DNA from: Macrostomum lignano
Taxonomy: Eukaryota
Direction: 5' to 3'
Assembly (NCBI GenBank): GCA_002269645.1
Contig: NIVC01002995.1
Span: forward strand, 1 to 64,000
Length of the DNA stretch: 64,000 nucleotides
Shown here: in pieces, positions 20,456 to 34,515 of the stretch
Layout: the number at the start of each line of letters is the position of its first letter
Numbering within the stretch: the first letter of the stretch is position 1
Translations under genes and position numbers: made by a program
The notes under the pieces: generated by a model
Database searches by the model: none
Told to the model about the DNA's origin: nothing
The model's input: only the letters and a program-made list of their open reading frames with translations

Positions 20456-22063
20456 TCTCATTTCCTTTCTATATTATCTTTAATATCTTTAAACCAGCAC
20501 ATAGCCTGGATTCATGTAAGGGGGGACATAGACATCAATCTATCTCCAATGTTAGCAATAGAAACAAAATACAAAGGCAGTCAAAATTCTCCCACTCTAC
20601 TCTGCGGGAGAAGGTCCTCTTTAAAAACAATGGTAGCAAAAATATTAAAAATTTTGCAGGAGCTTGACTGTAGGGCCTAGACTTATATTAATTCAACAAG
20701 CTTGGCTAGCAAAATTTCAGGGAAGTGCTTATCCCTACAGTCCCATTCCAATAATTCTAATTTTTTTCGCACATATCTGTGTTGATAATTTCCAACTTAT
20801 CCCCACAGCAGCTTATTGTAATAGCTGCCACCATTCAAGTCAATAGGAGGCATGTCAAAAATTCCAATTTTATCTACACAGATCTGTGCCATAGTCCATT
20901 TCATGCTTGGAGTTACGCCGGAGGAAAAATGATAAAATTTCATCATTTATACCAGACTTATGCCAGCAGCCAGGCTTATGCGCTGCATGCTAGGCATAAT
21001 TCCTAGACTAGGGGGGGAGGTGCATGGGATGCCCGTTTGTATAAACATTTTTCATTAAAAAATATTTATTAGGCCTAATATTAATAATGTTTTTATTTGT
21101 ATATTATAATTAAAACTTTTTAAACATATAAGTATTAAAAAGATAATGATATAGTTTTTGCATTACAGCACAATTTTTTTACTTTAAACTTTGTTTTAAT
21201 TTTTATAAATACTTAAAAATGTACATATGTAGTTATTTAAATTCTCTGTTGTATTCAAATACTTGAAATAAGCTATAGTCATTAATGACCATAATCAACC
21301 ACAGTCAACATTTATTTCCTTTCAGGGAAATGTGCCAAAAGATCATCTATAATCTATAATTGTTTTTATGCTAGCCATTTACGCTAATCCAATTTTCTAT
21401 TAATTCTTATGTCAAGCATTTATGCCAAGGCCAATTTTTGTCTAGAATTATGCTGGAGATTTCCGGCATCATTTAACTTCCTCATTTCTAACATAAGTGA
21501 CATAATTTAGTAGGCTTAGGCTTATATTAAAGAAAACAAAGTTTTATTTATAGATAAAAGCCTGTCTAAAAATTTGTTGAAATAAAATTATGGCTTTTGT
21601 GATTTTTACAATACCTGTTTTATAGATGTATTGGAACCAAAACTTGAATATAGGTATTTTTATGATAATTTTTATTGGCTAAAAAGTACATTTTAATTCA
21701 AAGCCTCTTCTCTTAATTAAATAAAAAAGTGCCAGTTTAAATTGCATATTAACTTCTTGTGTCTACTATAGCATTTTTAAATTTTGTTTAGAATTCAAGC
21801 ATTCATTCTAAGACACTGCAATCATGTTCAGTCAATGCTACTACTTTTGTCTATGGTCAAAACACTATCTACGAGTATGATCTTTGTCACAACACAAAAT
21901 TTACTTATTTTGTTTAGTTTAAATGTCTGAATTCAACTGCCCAGTGTCTTGAGTTTAGTGCTCTCTCGCTGTACACAGTTTTGGCCATAGACAAGTTTCA
22001 CTCACAAAGCTCGCAAATGCTGTGTTAGTAAACAGTTTTTGATAAACATTGCATGCATAATTA

Positions 22064-22408
22064 ATGGCCCAGAAGGTGCAACTCAGCCAGGAAGAGCTGG
22101 CCTCCAAGGAGAAGGAAGAATTTGAGACTGGCCCCCTGAGCGTGCTGACCTATTCGGTTCGCAACAACACCCAGGTGCTGATCAACTGCAGAAACAATAA
22201 GAAACTCCTAGGCCGGGTCAAAGCCTTTGACAGGCACTGCAACATGGTGCTGGAAAATGTGAAGGAGATGTGGACCGAGGTGCCCCGGTCTGGCAAGGGC
22301 AAGAAGAAGTCGAAGCCGATTAACAGGGATCGCTACATATCTAAGCTGTTTCTGCGCGGCGATAGTGTCATCTTGGTTCTGCGCAACCCGCTCGCTTCAG
22401 GAAAATAA
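22064..22408 (+). CDS. SNRPD2: Small nuclear ribonucleoprotein Sm D2
   Basis: [11 protein letters not shown]...[41 protein letters not shown]...[21 protein letters not shown]; uninterrupted ORF. Confidence 0.97.
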   Translation: MAQKVQLSQEELASKEKEEFETGPLSVLTYSVRNNTQVLINCRNNKKLLGRVKAFDRHCNMVLENVKEMWTEVPRSGKGKKKSKPINRDRYISKLFLRGDSVILVLRNPLASGK

Positions 22409-22474
22409 TTCTTACTGATAAACTGTTTGCTCTTCTGTGCTCTGAACTGATGCTAAGCTTTAATAATTTCACGT

Positions 22475-22990
22475 TGAGAATCGCCCGTACCCCTCCACCG
22501 CCCCCCCCCCTGAGAATCGCCCGTATTCCTCAACCGCCCCCCCTAAGAATCGCCCGTATTCCTCAACCGCCCCCTGAGAATCGCCCGTACCCCTCCACCG
22601 CCCCCCCCCTGAGAATCGCCCGTATTCCTCAACCGCCCCCCCTGAGAATCGCCCGTATTCCTCAACCGCCCCCCTGAGAATCGCCCGTACTCCTCAGCCG
22701 CCCCCCTGAGAATCGCCCGTACTCCTCAACCGCCCCCCTGAGAATCGCCCGTACTCCTCAACCGCCCCCTGAGAATCGCCCGTGTTCCTCAACCGCCCCC
22801 CTGAGAATCGCCCGTACTCCTCAGCCGCCCCCCTGAGAATCGCCCGTACTCCTCAACCGCCCCCTGAGAATCGCCCGTACTCCTCAACTGCCCCCCTGAG
22901 AATCGCCCGTACTCCTCAACCGCCCCCCTGAGAATCGCCCGTACTCCTCAACCGCCCCCCTGAGAATCGCCCGTACCCTCACCCGTACCC
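22475..22990. repeat. Minisatellite, 31-32-bp unit
   Basis: TGAGAATCGCCCGTACTCCTCAACCGCCCCCC, about 16 copies, variable C-run. Confidence 0.95.
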
Positions 22991-23149
22991 AAGAATCGCT
23001 GTCTGCTAAAATTTTTACTCAAAATTCACACGAATTATTTATCTTATTGGTACCTAATTTTTTTATCTTACTAATTAAGCTGTAATTTTGATGTTACATA
23101 GGTTTAATATTAATAATTATTTGTTTAGGATTGGTTTGCATTTGTGAAT

Positions 23150-23448
23150 TACGAGGGCTGTTCCAAAAGTAGTGTTACTTTTGATTATATCTCTCCTAAC
23201 GAGAGAAATCCAAACGACATCATTTTGCACAGTTTTATAGCTGCAACTCTCTTCTCGATAATAACTTTAAAATCTTTAAAAACAAACAATGGAAACAAAA
23301 GTTATGATCAAAAATGTAACTGGAGCTGTTAAAGTTATAATCAAGAAGAGAGTTGCCGCTGTAAAATTGTGCAAAATGATGCTATTTGGATCATTAGCAC
23401 GAGAGTTATAATAATAAAAAACACAGTACTTGTGGGACAGCCCAAATA
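23150..23448. mobile_element. Fold-back MITE with Tc1/mariner-like ends
   Basis: TACGAGGGCTGTTCCAAAAGTA... versus ...TACTTGTGGGACAGCCC; long degenerate internal arms (CATCATTTTGCACAGTTTTATAGC / GCTGTAAAATTGTGCAAAATGATG); TA at both ends. Confidence 0.65.
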
Positions 23449-24116
23449 ATAACCGTAATTAATAAATCCGGTTTGTGCATATTCTGCTACTTATTAGTAG
23501 TAGAAGGCAACTTGGCAAGCTGTTTTTTGCTAATAGCTCTGTTTTGCAATGTTTAGTAATCTGCAATTATTGCGGTCTTTGTTCGATCTTTTTCCTTCTA
23601 CTAATTAGCCACACCTGGGAGCTGGAAATTTGGTCACTGGATCCTTTGATATCCGATAATCACCTGTGTATACCTGTGATTTAATCGTGTATGAGCTACT
23701 TTCCAAAGTCACATTCGAGCTCTCTAACTTCGTTTCCAAATCTTTTTAAGAAACAAGTGTCCCTTCCTAGTGGTCCTTGATCTTGATTATTAGCTGGGTT
23801 AGGAGGCAAGCAGTCACACGCTCACACTGTATCTACATGTAATATTACTTAACTTCCCCCCTTGTCAGGTGTTAAAACAGTTTGCTTGTCGGGTGTCAGC
23901 TTGGTGGATCTATTTCAACTTGATGCTAGACGGCTGCGCTTAATTCTGTGATAAAGGATGAATCAGATTTTGGGTGTTGCCAGATTTTTATTTAAGTCCA
24001 GTGTTTTTAGCTTCATGGGGTCATGCATGAATTCAATATTTACGAATAGCATACATTTTAGGCTTTCTGCATGTTCCTAATGGTGGCGGTCCTTTTGATT
24101 GTGGCCTCTAATAATC

Positions 24117-24865
24117 CACGATGGTCCTTTGAATGGCGACAAGTTACACACGATGGTCCTTTGAATGGCGACAAGTTACACACGATGGTCCTTTGGGTGG
24201 CGACAGGTTACACACGATGGTCCTTTGGGTGAGGACAGGTTACACACGATGGTCCTTTGGATGGCGACAAGTTTGCACATGATGGTCCTTTGGATGGCGA
24301 CAGGTTACACACGATGGTCCTTTGGATGGCGACAGGTTACACACGATGGTCCTTTGGGTGAGGACAGGTTACACACGATGGTCCTTTGGGTGAGGACAGG
24401 TTACACACGATGGTCCTTTGGGTGAGGACAGGTTACACACGATGGTCCTTTGGATGGCGACAAGTTTGCACACGATGGTCCTTTGGATGGCGACAGGTTA
24501 CACACGATGGTCCTTTAGGTGAGGACAGGTTACACACGATGGTCCTTTGGGTGGCGACAGGTTACACACGATGGTCCTTTGGATGGCGACAGGTTACACA
24601 CGATGGTCCTTTGGGTGAGGACAGGTTACACACGATGGTCCTTTGGGTGGCGACAGGTTACACACGATGGTCCTTTGGGTGAGGACAGGTTACACACGAT
24701 GGTCCTTTGGATGGCGACAAGTTTGCACACGATGGTCCTTTGGATGGCGACAGGTTACACACGATGGTCCTTTGGGTGAGGACAGGTTACACACGATGGT
24801 CCTTTGGGTGAGGACAGGTTACACACGATGGTCCTTTGGGTGAGGACAGGTTACACACGATGGTC
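24117..24865. repeat. Minisatellite, 32-bp unit
   Basis: ACACGATGGTCCTTTGGRTGRSGACAGGTTAC, about 23 copies. Confidence 0.95.
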
Positions 24866-25344
24866 TAGCAGCTTCTAGTTCCTGTCTGGGATTATCTCAG
24901 CAAATCTACAATTAAATTCAGGCCTTTTTTGTTTTGAATCGTTGCTGATATCATAATCTTCTTAAATCACAAAAAACTCTGGTACGTGCTTTTAGAAGCA
25001 GAAGACGGACTTGAGAGTTGTACGCAAGATTAACTGCATGCTTTTCAAGTGTTGGATTATCAAGAATCGGTGGAGGCTGAGTGAGTGACTTGATGGCACC
25101 TCGTCTCCAATGGACAATTCAAATTTTCTAACTTGCTTTTTTCGCGCGGTTCCGTAGTTAAACGAATTCGTGATGCCGAGTTTGCTAAAGCAGATTATGC
25201 AGTTCGCACTGGTGGTGCCTGCTTTTTTAATTGCATTTCTATTTATCCGCTGAGTGCGAGTAGGGAACGGGCTGTATACTAGGGATTTGAGTGAAGACTC
25301 GGGACAGGGCTGCTTTGGAAATACAACTGAACTCAAGCTACCAC

Positions 25345-26370
25345 AATGATTTAGTGACCTCCAATGATTCAGTGACCTCCAATGATTCAGTGACCTACAA
25401 TGATTCAGTGACCTACAATGATTCAGTGACCACCCACTCCAATGATTCAGTGACCTCCAATGATTCAGTGACCACCTACTCCAATGATTCAGTGACCTAC
25501 AAAACTCAGTGACCACCTACTCCAATGATTCAGTGACCTGCTCCAATGATTCAGTGACCACCTACTCCAATGATTCAGTGACCACCTACTCCAATGATTC
25601 AGTGACCACCTACTCCAATGATTCGGTCACCTACTCCAATGATTCAGTGACCTATAGAACTCAGTGACCACCTACTCCAATGATTCAGTGACCTATAGAA
25701 CTCAGTGACCACCCACTCCAATGATTCAGTGACCTAAAAAACTCAGTGACCACCTACTCCAATGATTCAGTGACCTATAGAACTCAGTGACCACCCACTC
25801 CAATGATTCAGTGACCTAAAAAACTCAGTGACCACCTACTCCAATGATTCAGTGACCTATAGAACTCAGTGACCACCTACTCCAATGATTCAGTGACCTA
25901 TAGAACTCAGTGACCACCCACTCCAATGATTCAGTGACCTAAAAAACTCAGTGACCACCTACTCCAATGATTCAGTGACCTATAGAACTCAGTGACCACC
26001 TACTCCAATGATTCAGTGACCTATAGAACTCAGTGACCACCTACTCCAATGATTCAGTGACCTATAGAACTCAGTGACCACCTACTCCAATGATTCAGTG
26101 ACCTATAGAACTCAGTGACCACCTACTCCAATGATTCAGTGACCTAAAAAACTCTGACCACCTACTCCAATGATTCAGTGACCTATAGAACTCAGTGACC
26201 ACCTACTCCAATGATTCAGTGACCTAAAAAACTCAGTGACCACCTACTCTAATGATTCAGTGACCTAAAAAACTCAGTGACCACCTACTCCAATGATTCA
26301 GTGACCTATAGAACTCAGTGACCACCTACTCCAATGATTCAGTGACCTGCTCCAATGATTCAGTGACCTA
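25345..26370. repeat. Minisatellite, 18/24-bp units evolving into a 41-bp higher-order unit
   Basis: Core CCAATGATTCAGTGACC alternates with TATAGAACTCAGTGACC. Confidence 0.95.
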
Positions 26371-27171
26371 ACACTAATGCTCAAGCACATCCGCATGCTC
26401 AAGTATAATAACCAAGGAAAGCACAGAAATCCTTAATGACATTGCATATATTAGTGTAACAGAATCAGCGCTTAAACAATTACAGTGGCGTTAAATATCA
26501 ATAAAACAATTTGTCGTAAATTCCACACATTTTAAGTACATGTACAGGGGCTTCGTTCTGGTCAATGTATTCGTAACATTGGATGCTTCCATAGGGTTGC
26601 TTCAATGGATGAGTCACTAACGTAAAAGTGCACGATACGGTACATCGAATTCCGATAAAAAATGTTCATTGATCAGCGTTACGCAATGTTGATAATAAGA
26701 AATGTGACCAAAGCTCTCGACCAACGTTCGGGCAGCTCGCGCTCGGTGGCATCGGTCTGCTGCGCCTTTAACCGAAGTTGACAGCGGTCACTGGCGAGGG
26801 CGACTGGGAGCTGAAGGGTTGGGATGCGGGGCATGCTTTAAATTCAATATTCTATATACTATTTCGATCACGGAAATTCATGCACGAAGATCTTGCAACA
26901 CTGTTTGACGCGCGGTCTGAAATTCAGGGCCGCTGTACACTTTGCGGCAGAGTCAGACGCCCAATTAACTTCAACTCACCAAAGCTGCGCCTCGCCGTTG
27001 CCAGCGGACTGGCAAAGACTCTGCGCGAGAAACCGGCTGCCCGGCTGAGGCAGCGTCTTCTGCGACCTCCTGCGGGAGAATCAGCAACAGCAAGATCTTT
27101 TTGCGCTTCAGGAAGCAAATTCTGTGATCTGGGATCGGCCTTCAAAAATTTGCGAGTCCCCAGAAAGAGAC

Positions 27172-27395
27172 TCACCTGGACGAGCCGAGGTTCTCGCAGT
27201 CAGTCAGCCTGACGGACAGGTCCAACGGCTCCGGGGCCCTGCTGGCACCCGCCGGTGGCTCCGGAATCGGCGAAGAAGTCGAATCCGCAGTCGGTGGCGA
27301 GGCGTCGCCCATAAGGGCCGACACGCTGAAGTCTTTGTTCGGCTGTCGACGAGCTCGAACGTCGGAGTCTTGCAACGGAGGAGGAGGAGGCGGCG

Positions 27396-27427
<32 letters not shown>

Positions 27428-28147
27428 AGCCGAGGGAAGCCGAGCGGCGGCAGGCGGGCCGGTGGGTGCGGAAACGGCGGCAGCGGGCGGATTCCAGCGT
27501 GGTACTGCGGCAGCGGCGGTGGCGGCGGCGGCGGTGGCAGATGCGGCGATGCCGAGAAGCCGTTGAAGGGGCGCGGCAGTCCGTAGCGCAGCAGCGAGTT
27601 GTAATAGTGAAGCGGCGAGCAGGCGAAGTCGAAGCCGCCGCTGCCACCGCCGACTCGACCGCCGCCTTGGAACATCGGCAGGAGGGCGGCGGCCGCGAAG
27701 TCCTGGGCCGCCGAGTGGCTGACGATGCCTCCGCCTACGGCGGCAGCTGCGGCTGCCGCGGCGGCTGCGGCGAAGCCGGGTGACCGCCGCCGCTGGTCGC
27801 GGAAACAGCCGCGGCGACACCGCGCCGGTCTTCTTCGTCCAACTGGTGACTGTGATGCAGCATGGGATGCTGCGACTGGCCGCCTCCCGTCTGTCTCTGC
27901 AGGCCGCAGTTCTTCGGCTTGCTGCCAGGCGCCGCGCACCTCGGCGGCGATTCCCCATGATGGCCTCCGCCGCCGCCGCCGCCTCCACCGCCTCCGCTAC
28001 CGGAGGAGCCGGACTTGATCAGCTTGCCGACAGCTGCGATGGGGCAGCCGGAGAGGCTGCGGTGCGACGACCGATTGCCGTTCACGTGACCGCGCCCCGT
28101 GCAGCCGATGGTGGGGCAGCGAAGGACCGTGTGCTGCAGGCCTAGCA
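27172..28147 (-). CDS. MYT1: Myt1-family C2HC zinc-finger transcription factor, downstream exon (frameshift at ~27779)
   Basis: Acceptor CAG at 28150-28148; [28 protein letters not shown] at 28118-28044; Ala/Pro-rich tail with FSVSALMG and PLDLS. It ends either at TGA 27174-27172 or at a GTGAG donor after 27176. Confidence 0.85.
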
Positions 28148-28177
28148 CTGCCGGGTGAGGGAGGATTCGAGGGGCTG

Positions 28178-28746
28178 ATGAGGCAGCTGAGTGAGGATGT
28201 GGGAGATTGATGAGGCTGCTGAGTGAGGAGGTGGGAGATTGATGAGGCAGCTGAGTGAGGAGGTGGGAGATTGATGAGGCAGCTGAGTGAGGAGGTGGGA
28301 GATTGATTGGGCAGCTGAGTGAGGAGGTGGGAGATTGATTGGGCAGCTGAGTGAGGATGTGGGAGATTGATGAGGCTGCTGAGTGAGGAGGGGGGAGATT
28401 GATGAGGCTGCTGAGTGAGGAGGGGGGGGATTGATGAGGCTGCTGAGTGAGGATGTGGGAGATTGATTGGGCAGCTGAGTGAGGAGGTGGGAGATTGATG
28501 AGGCAGCTGAGTGAGGAGGTGGGAGATTGATGAGGCAGCTGAGTGAGGAGGGGGGAGATTGATGAGGCAGCTGAGTGAGGAGGGGGGAGATTGATGAGGC
28601 TGCTGAATAAGGAGGGGGGAGATTGATGAGGCTGCTGAGTGAGGAGGGGGGAGATTGATGAGGCTGCTGAATGAGGAGGGGGGAGATTGATGAGGCTGCT
28701 GAGTGAGGAGGGGGGAGATTGATGAGGCTGCTGAGTGAGGAGGTGG
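28178..28746. repeat. Intronic minisatellite, 32-bp unit
   Basis: GAGGCAGCTGAGTGAGGAGGTGGGAGATTGAT, about 18 copies; fills most of the 643-bp intron 28790-28148. Confidence 0.95.
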
Positions 28747-28790
28747 GTCATGGGTAAATCAAAAAAACTTCAACATCAGCGCTAACTCAC

Positions 28791-29176
28791 ACTCCGCAGT
28801 GTATTTGCTCTTCCTCGGGCAGCCGCTGAGGCTCCTGTGATGGGAGTAGAGGCCGGTCACGTGACCCGTGCCGTCGCAGTCGGGGTTCGGGCACTTGCTC
28901 TGGCCCGCCTTGCCGGCGCCGTCTTCGCTGTCGGCTGACAGAGGCGGCGGCAGCAGCGGCCCCTGCAGCTGGTGGTGAAAGTGGCGCTTCCGGTTGCTGC
29001 CGGGCGCCTGTGGCTGCTTCCGCTGCTGTTGAAGAGGCGACCGGGAGCGGGACCGGCTGAGCTGCCGCTCTGGTGCCGGCGGCAGCAGCGGCGGCGGCGT
29101 CGGCGGTGGCGACTGCGGCAGCGGCGACTGCAGGGGACTAGACGGCATTGACAGGCTGCTCCTCTGGGGTGGGCAC
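28791..29176 (-). CDS. MYT1: Myt1-family gene, upstream exon
   Basis: Acceptor TTCAG before 29176; [28 protein letters not shown]; donor GTGAGT at 28790. The phase-1 join gives [16 protein letters not shown], matching the Myt1 inter-finger linker. Earlier exons were not found. Confidence 0.9.
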
Positions 29177-29193
29177 CTGAAGTGATGGGGGCT

Positions 29194-29510
<317 letters not shown>

Positions 29511-30596
29511 CTTTATGTCTGTCGCTCTCACCTCTGCAATCCTTTGTTGTAGACTGAGACGTCCTCAGCTTCCATAGAGCTCCACATTTGGTCCCTGGTG
29601 GGATAAGGAATAAACTTCGGGGAAGTGAAGTCAGGGTCTTCTAACCAGATTTTCTCGAAAGAAACTTTGCGGCAGGGCTGGGAAATAATCTGGAGGAAAA
29701 CTAGTTTTACTTACTTTTTTCCCGTTTCCTCCCCAGACCGCGGAGGCTGGGGTGGGTGCGATCCCCAACTCGAATCCCATTGGCTGTGCAGCGGCTGACG
29801 GGTTCGCCTCCTCCCCCGCAACCCGTGTTTGAGTCCTGCTCAAACTTGAGTATTGCCCATTCTGGGAGTGAAGCAATGATAGCGGCGGATAATGCTTATT
29901 GGGATTTGAATCCTTCTGATCCGTCTGCTTTCGTAGTTCGCTCCCAGCTCCCTGGACTTGTGGAGTTCCAAAGTGGAAATGAAATCATTACCTGGGGAAG
30001 CTCCGGTGTCTGACGTTGTCTGCGCCTCATTCACTCCTTATTGTCAGATCTGTAGCTTCTTCATATTCTTCTTTTCTTCAAAGCAATTTGTCGTCGAAAA
30101 AGCAGCCGTGGGAGCTGGGAAGATTGCAAGTGCCGTCACGCAAAGCGACTCGACATGGAATTGATAGCGGGGCTGTTGAAGCCCCTGATCCGCTGCGTCA
30201 CGGCAGCCAGTCTCAATTCTAGTTCGACGTTTTCGAAAGCTTCTTTTCTCTCTCTGTAGTCAGCTTCTTTGTTGGCGCTCTTCCAGGCTGGGTCGTAAGA
30301 GTTGACTGCTTGCTTTTTAGCGAAGCAGAGCAGTGGGGAAAGTTTGTCTTATCCCAGTGTGCCCCTCCCTGCCAACCTAAGCACAGCTCAGATTAACTGG
30401 GCTTGGCAACGGAGTTCAACCGGCTACAAAGGCGGACTGTGCTCGCGATAGTTGAGCTTAAATTGCATTTTTGTTGCATGCTCTTGTAGATTCTTTCAAC
30501 TTTCACATGCCCGTCGTTATGAAGAGTGGCCGCTCTGCAAGCTTTCACATTGGAGCGCTGAATGTTATTGCGGCTGTCATGTGATCCACTTGGGTG

Positions 30597-31590
30597 GCGC
30601 TGTGTGAATGGATATGGCGTTGTGTGAATGGAGGTGGCGCTGTGTGAATTGAGGAATCGCTGTGGGAATGGTTGGAGCGCTGTGTGAATTGCGGTGGCGC
30701 TGTGTGAATAAAAGAGGCATTTTGTGAATTGAAGAGGCGCTGTGTGAATTGGGGTGGTGCTGTGGGAATGGAGGTGGTGCTGTGTCAATGGATAGGGCGC
30801 TGTGTGAATTGAGGAATCACTGTGTCAATGGTTGGATCGCTGTGTGAATTGCGGTGGCGCTGTGTGAATGGAGGTGGCGCTGTGTGAATGGAGGTGGTGC
30901 TGTGTCAATGGATAGGGCACTGTGTGAATTGAGGAATCACTGTGTCAATGGTTGGATCGCTGTGTGAATTGCGGTGGCGCTGTGTGAATGGAGGTGGCGC
31001 TGTGTGAATAAAAGAGGCATTTTGTGAATTGAAGAGGCGCTGTGTGAATTGGGGTGGCGCTGTGTGAATCGGGGTGGTACTGTGTGAATGGATATGGCGC
31101 TGTGTGAATTGAGGAATCACTGTGTCAATGGTTGGATCGCTGTGTGAATTGCGGTGGCGCTGTGTGAATTGCGGTGGCACTGTGTGAATTGCGGTGGCGC
31201 TGTGTGAATTGCGGTGGCGCTGTGTGAATGGAGGTGGCGCTGTGTGAATAAAAGAGGCATTTTGTGAATTGAGGAGACGCTGTGTGAATTGGGGTGGCGC
31301 TGTGTGAATCGGGGTGGCACTGTGTGAATGGATATGGTGCTGTGTGAATGGAGGTGGTGCTGTGTGAATTGATAGGGCGCTGTGTGAATTGAGGAATCAC
31401 TGTGTCAATGGTTGGATCGCTGTGTGAATTGCGGTGGCGCTGTGTGAATTGCGGTGGCGCTGTGTGAATGGAGGTGGCGCTGTGTGAATGGAGGTGGCGC
31501 TGTGTGAATAAAAGAGGCATTTTGTGAATTGAGGAGACGCTGTGTGAATTGGGGTGGCGCTGTGTGAATCGGGGTGGCACTATGTGAATG
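30597..31590. repeat. Minisatellite, 20-bp unit with higher-order blocks
   Basis: GGTGGCGCTGTGTGAATGGA and variants, period 20. Confidence 0.95.
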
Positions 31591-34099
31591 GGTGGGGCGA
31601 ATGAACGAATTTCAAATTCGGAGTTGCCATTTTGGATGCAAATGACGACAAAGTGGCAGGCAAACCTTTGCCCAGAACTGAGCACAGATGCCGCTTCGTA
31701 AGAAAGATTCGTGGCTCGAGCAGACAAGAAAGAGAAAGGTAGATAGCAGATTTGCCGGATTGTGCGGCTTCCCCGAGTCCGCGCCTCTTCGTGTCTTCTT
31801 GTTCACGCAGAGCTGAACTTGGCCTGCGGAAGAAGCCGCAACAAAGGGCTTTTGTCGACGGCAAGGGCTGGTAATTGCTTCATAGACACCGAATATTGAC
31901 TGCAAAATCTGGATTTCCCTTCGGGCTTCTTTCCACTTGGCCGCGGAGGATTTTGCAGAAATCAATCACTTTCTGTTTCGTTATGTATGGGGTAAATAGA
32001 AGCAGAAGATTTGTTGCAAGCAGCGCAGAAGCAAGCAGTGGCACGCTTGGCCGGCCCCGCGATCCCCGAGTTTGAGTCGGGCACTGCACCACCGAAGTCC
32101 TGGCTGGAAATCGATGCGCGCACAATGGGGAAATGCGGTGCGCGTTTCACACTCCACTGAAACATTTCTCTTTCTTTTGCGTTGCTGGCCCATCTAGAGC
32201 CGCTCGCATCCGCCATGGCCTACTTTGCATTTTTTAATTCCCCATAATTTCCCAGCCTTGCAGTTATAAGCTGTTATCGCAGTTCAACAAGCGGCAGCTC
32301 CCAGGACCGCCTGATCCCAGTGACAGATTAGGAGCTCAAACTCCGCTCCTAGTTCACGTGCTCAAGTTTTACAATGTTAAACGAAGCGATCATTCTCTCC
32401 CTCATACACATTTCTCAGTCAGGCAGGCCCCTTATTTGTAAGTCCGACAAAAGCTTATCGGCCCGAAGCACTGGGCCGCCTCTGGAGTCGCCGCTTGAAA
32501 TTCTCTATGACGCTGTTGGCCTGCGCGAAATGAAATAAAATATTCTGTTTTTTTAATCCCCTTCTTCCCCTCCTCCCAGTCCGAAAAACTGCTGATGGAA
32601 TCGGGAGGGCTCTAATCTCCCGCCTCTTCCCTTAACCCCTTTATAGCGGCCAATATGCATCAGCTTTCACCAGGATATGTAATCCACTTTGCCCAACAGC
32701 TTGGCCACTAATGGCCGATCCAGTGAGCTGGCATAAGTCGAGCGCGAGCAGGCGAACACTGCATTCGGCCAAGGTGTGAAGAGCAAAGCACTGATCCTGC
32801 CCGTCCACTGCAGCCATGGCGTTGACAGCTATACCAGGGACTGTGTATGCAGCCACAGTAATTAGTATATACCCACTCTATAAATGATTCTCGTCTCCAA
32901 GGCCCCGCCAGCCTGTCCATCCCATTCCCATTGGGCCAGAACGGAAAACCCACTCTGATAAAAACGCCTCAACAGTTCCATAGGCCTGCCTGCGTTGTCG
33001 AATATCTTTCAATTACGCTGAGCAGCCACTTCAGTGTAGGCGCCTCCCTAACCCCAGCGGTGCGAGCACTCGCATGACACTTTTCTGAGAAGATCATTCG
33101 AGGAGAAACAGAAAATAGAGTAGGGGGGATGGCACAGAGCAAGCGAAGAGAAAGGAGACCCCTGCCCGCTTGTCAAAGCAAAGTCACAGCTGAGAGTAAT
33201 TGCTGTGGAGTGTTTCAACTGCATGGCACCGCCAGAAGGAACCCGAATGATCAAAACTGCAATACCAGCTCAACCAGTGCGCTCAACGGGCCGTGCAAAG
33301 GAAGGTCTTTGTCCAGCCAATTGGGGGAGAAGGTGTTTTAAGTTTCTGCGGTCGGTTACAAGGCACGTCCATGCCAGGTGTCACCAGGGGGGGGGGGTGA
33401 CTCGTGGCTGAGGGAATCCCATCGAGCCTGGGGTTTGGCACGTATCCTCCCCCAACCCCACAACCCCCAGGTTTTCTGCTTGTTTTTTATTTGAATTCTT
33501 CAATCCCGCGTGGAGAAGCAATTTCTGCAACAAACCAACCAGAAGCAAATCAATTCGAAATTACATGCTTTATATTTATAACCGAAAATGCGTAAAAGCA
33601 GAAGCAAGAGCAACCCTCTTCAGCAAGGAAGCTCAGGTGGCACGGGCTGTTACTGATCACTGACAAGTGCCCCGCCCCAGTCTCCTCAATCTCAGATCCC
33701 CTTCATCACTATTTCACACTTATCCCCATTTATTCTTTGCCCTCGGCGGCCGTGGCTGCGGAAGGCCCTCAAGCCGGGGCGAGTTTGCGTCTCCCTGCGT
33801 TGCGCAAGTTCCGCTCTGCTATTAGGAGCAGCAAGCGGCAGCAGCCTCTCATCCTTAACCCGCATCCACTTGTGGCCAGGAGCAGAATGCCGCTGAGGAG
33901 CCTTCGAGAGCTGCAACTAGCAGCTGACACCGAGTGCTCAGTTCTGCTTTTTTCTGTTCCATCTTCTTCTACTCGCTGCTGCGATGGAGTTTCAGCAAGA
34001 TTGAAACTGTCTGCTTTTTTTGCAGACTGGCACTGCGCACAGATATCTTCTCGCCTTGGACTTCTGCTTTTGGTCTGGGTGTATGAGGCATGAGCTCTC

Positions 34100-34515
34100 T
34101 GCCTTCTCCCCTCTCCCTCTCTGCCCTCCTCTCCCCCTCTCCCTCTCTCCCATCTCTCCCCTCTCTCCCATCTCTCCCCTCTCTCCCATCTCTCTCTCTC
34201 CCATCTCTCTCTCCCCTCTCTCCCCCTCTCCCTCTCTCACATCTCTCCCCTCTCTCCCATCTCTCTCTCCCCTCTCTCCCCTCTCTCCCTCTCTTCCCTC
34301 TCTCCCCTCTCTCACCTCTCTCCCCTCTCTCCCATCTCTCCTCTCCCCTCTCTCCCCTCTCCCTTCTCTCTCCTCTCTCCCCTCTCTCCCATCTCTCCTC
34401 TCTCCCTCTTTCCTCTCCCCTCTCATCCCCCATCTCCCCTCTCCCCTCTCCCCTCTCTCTTCTCTCTCCCCTCTCCCTCCCCCTCTCTCTTTTCGCTCTC
34501 TCCCCTCTCTCCTCT
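34100..34515. repeat. Polypyrimidine (CT-rich) low-complexity tract
   Basis: CTCTCCC-type degenerate repeats. Confidence 0.95.

Noticed and set aside
26778-28145. Plus-strand Arg/Gly-rich ORFs
   Set aside because: Antisense shadows of the GC-rich Myt1 exon.
29600-32220. Possible Myt1 upstream exons or a transposase remnant flanking the 20-bp array
   Set aside because: Short open stretches exist on the minus strand, but I could not recognise a zinc finger, DDE motif or consistent splice pattern.
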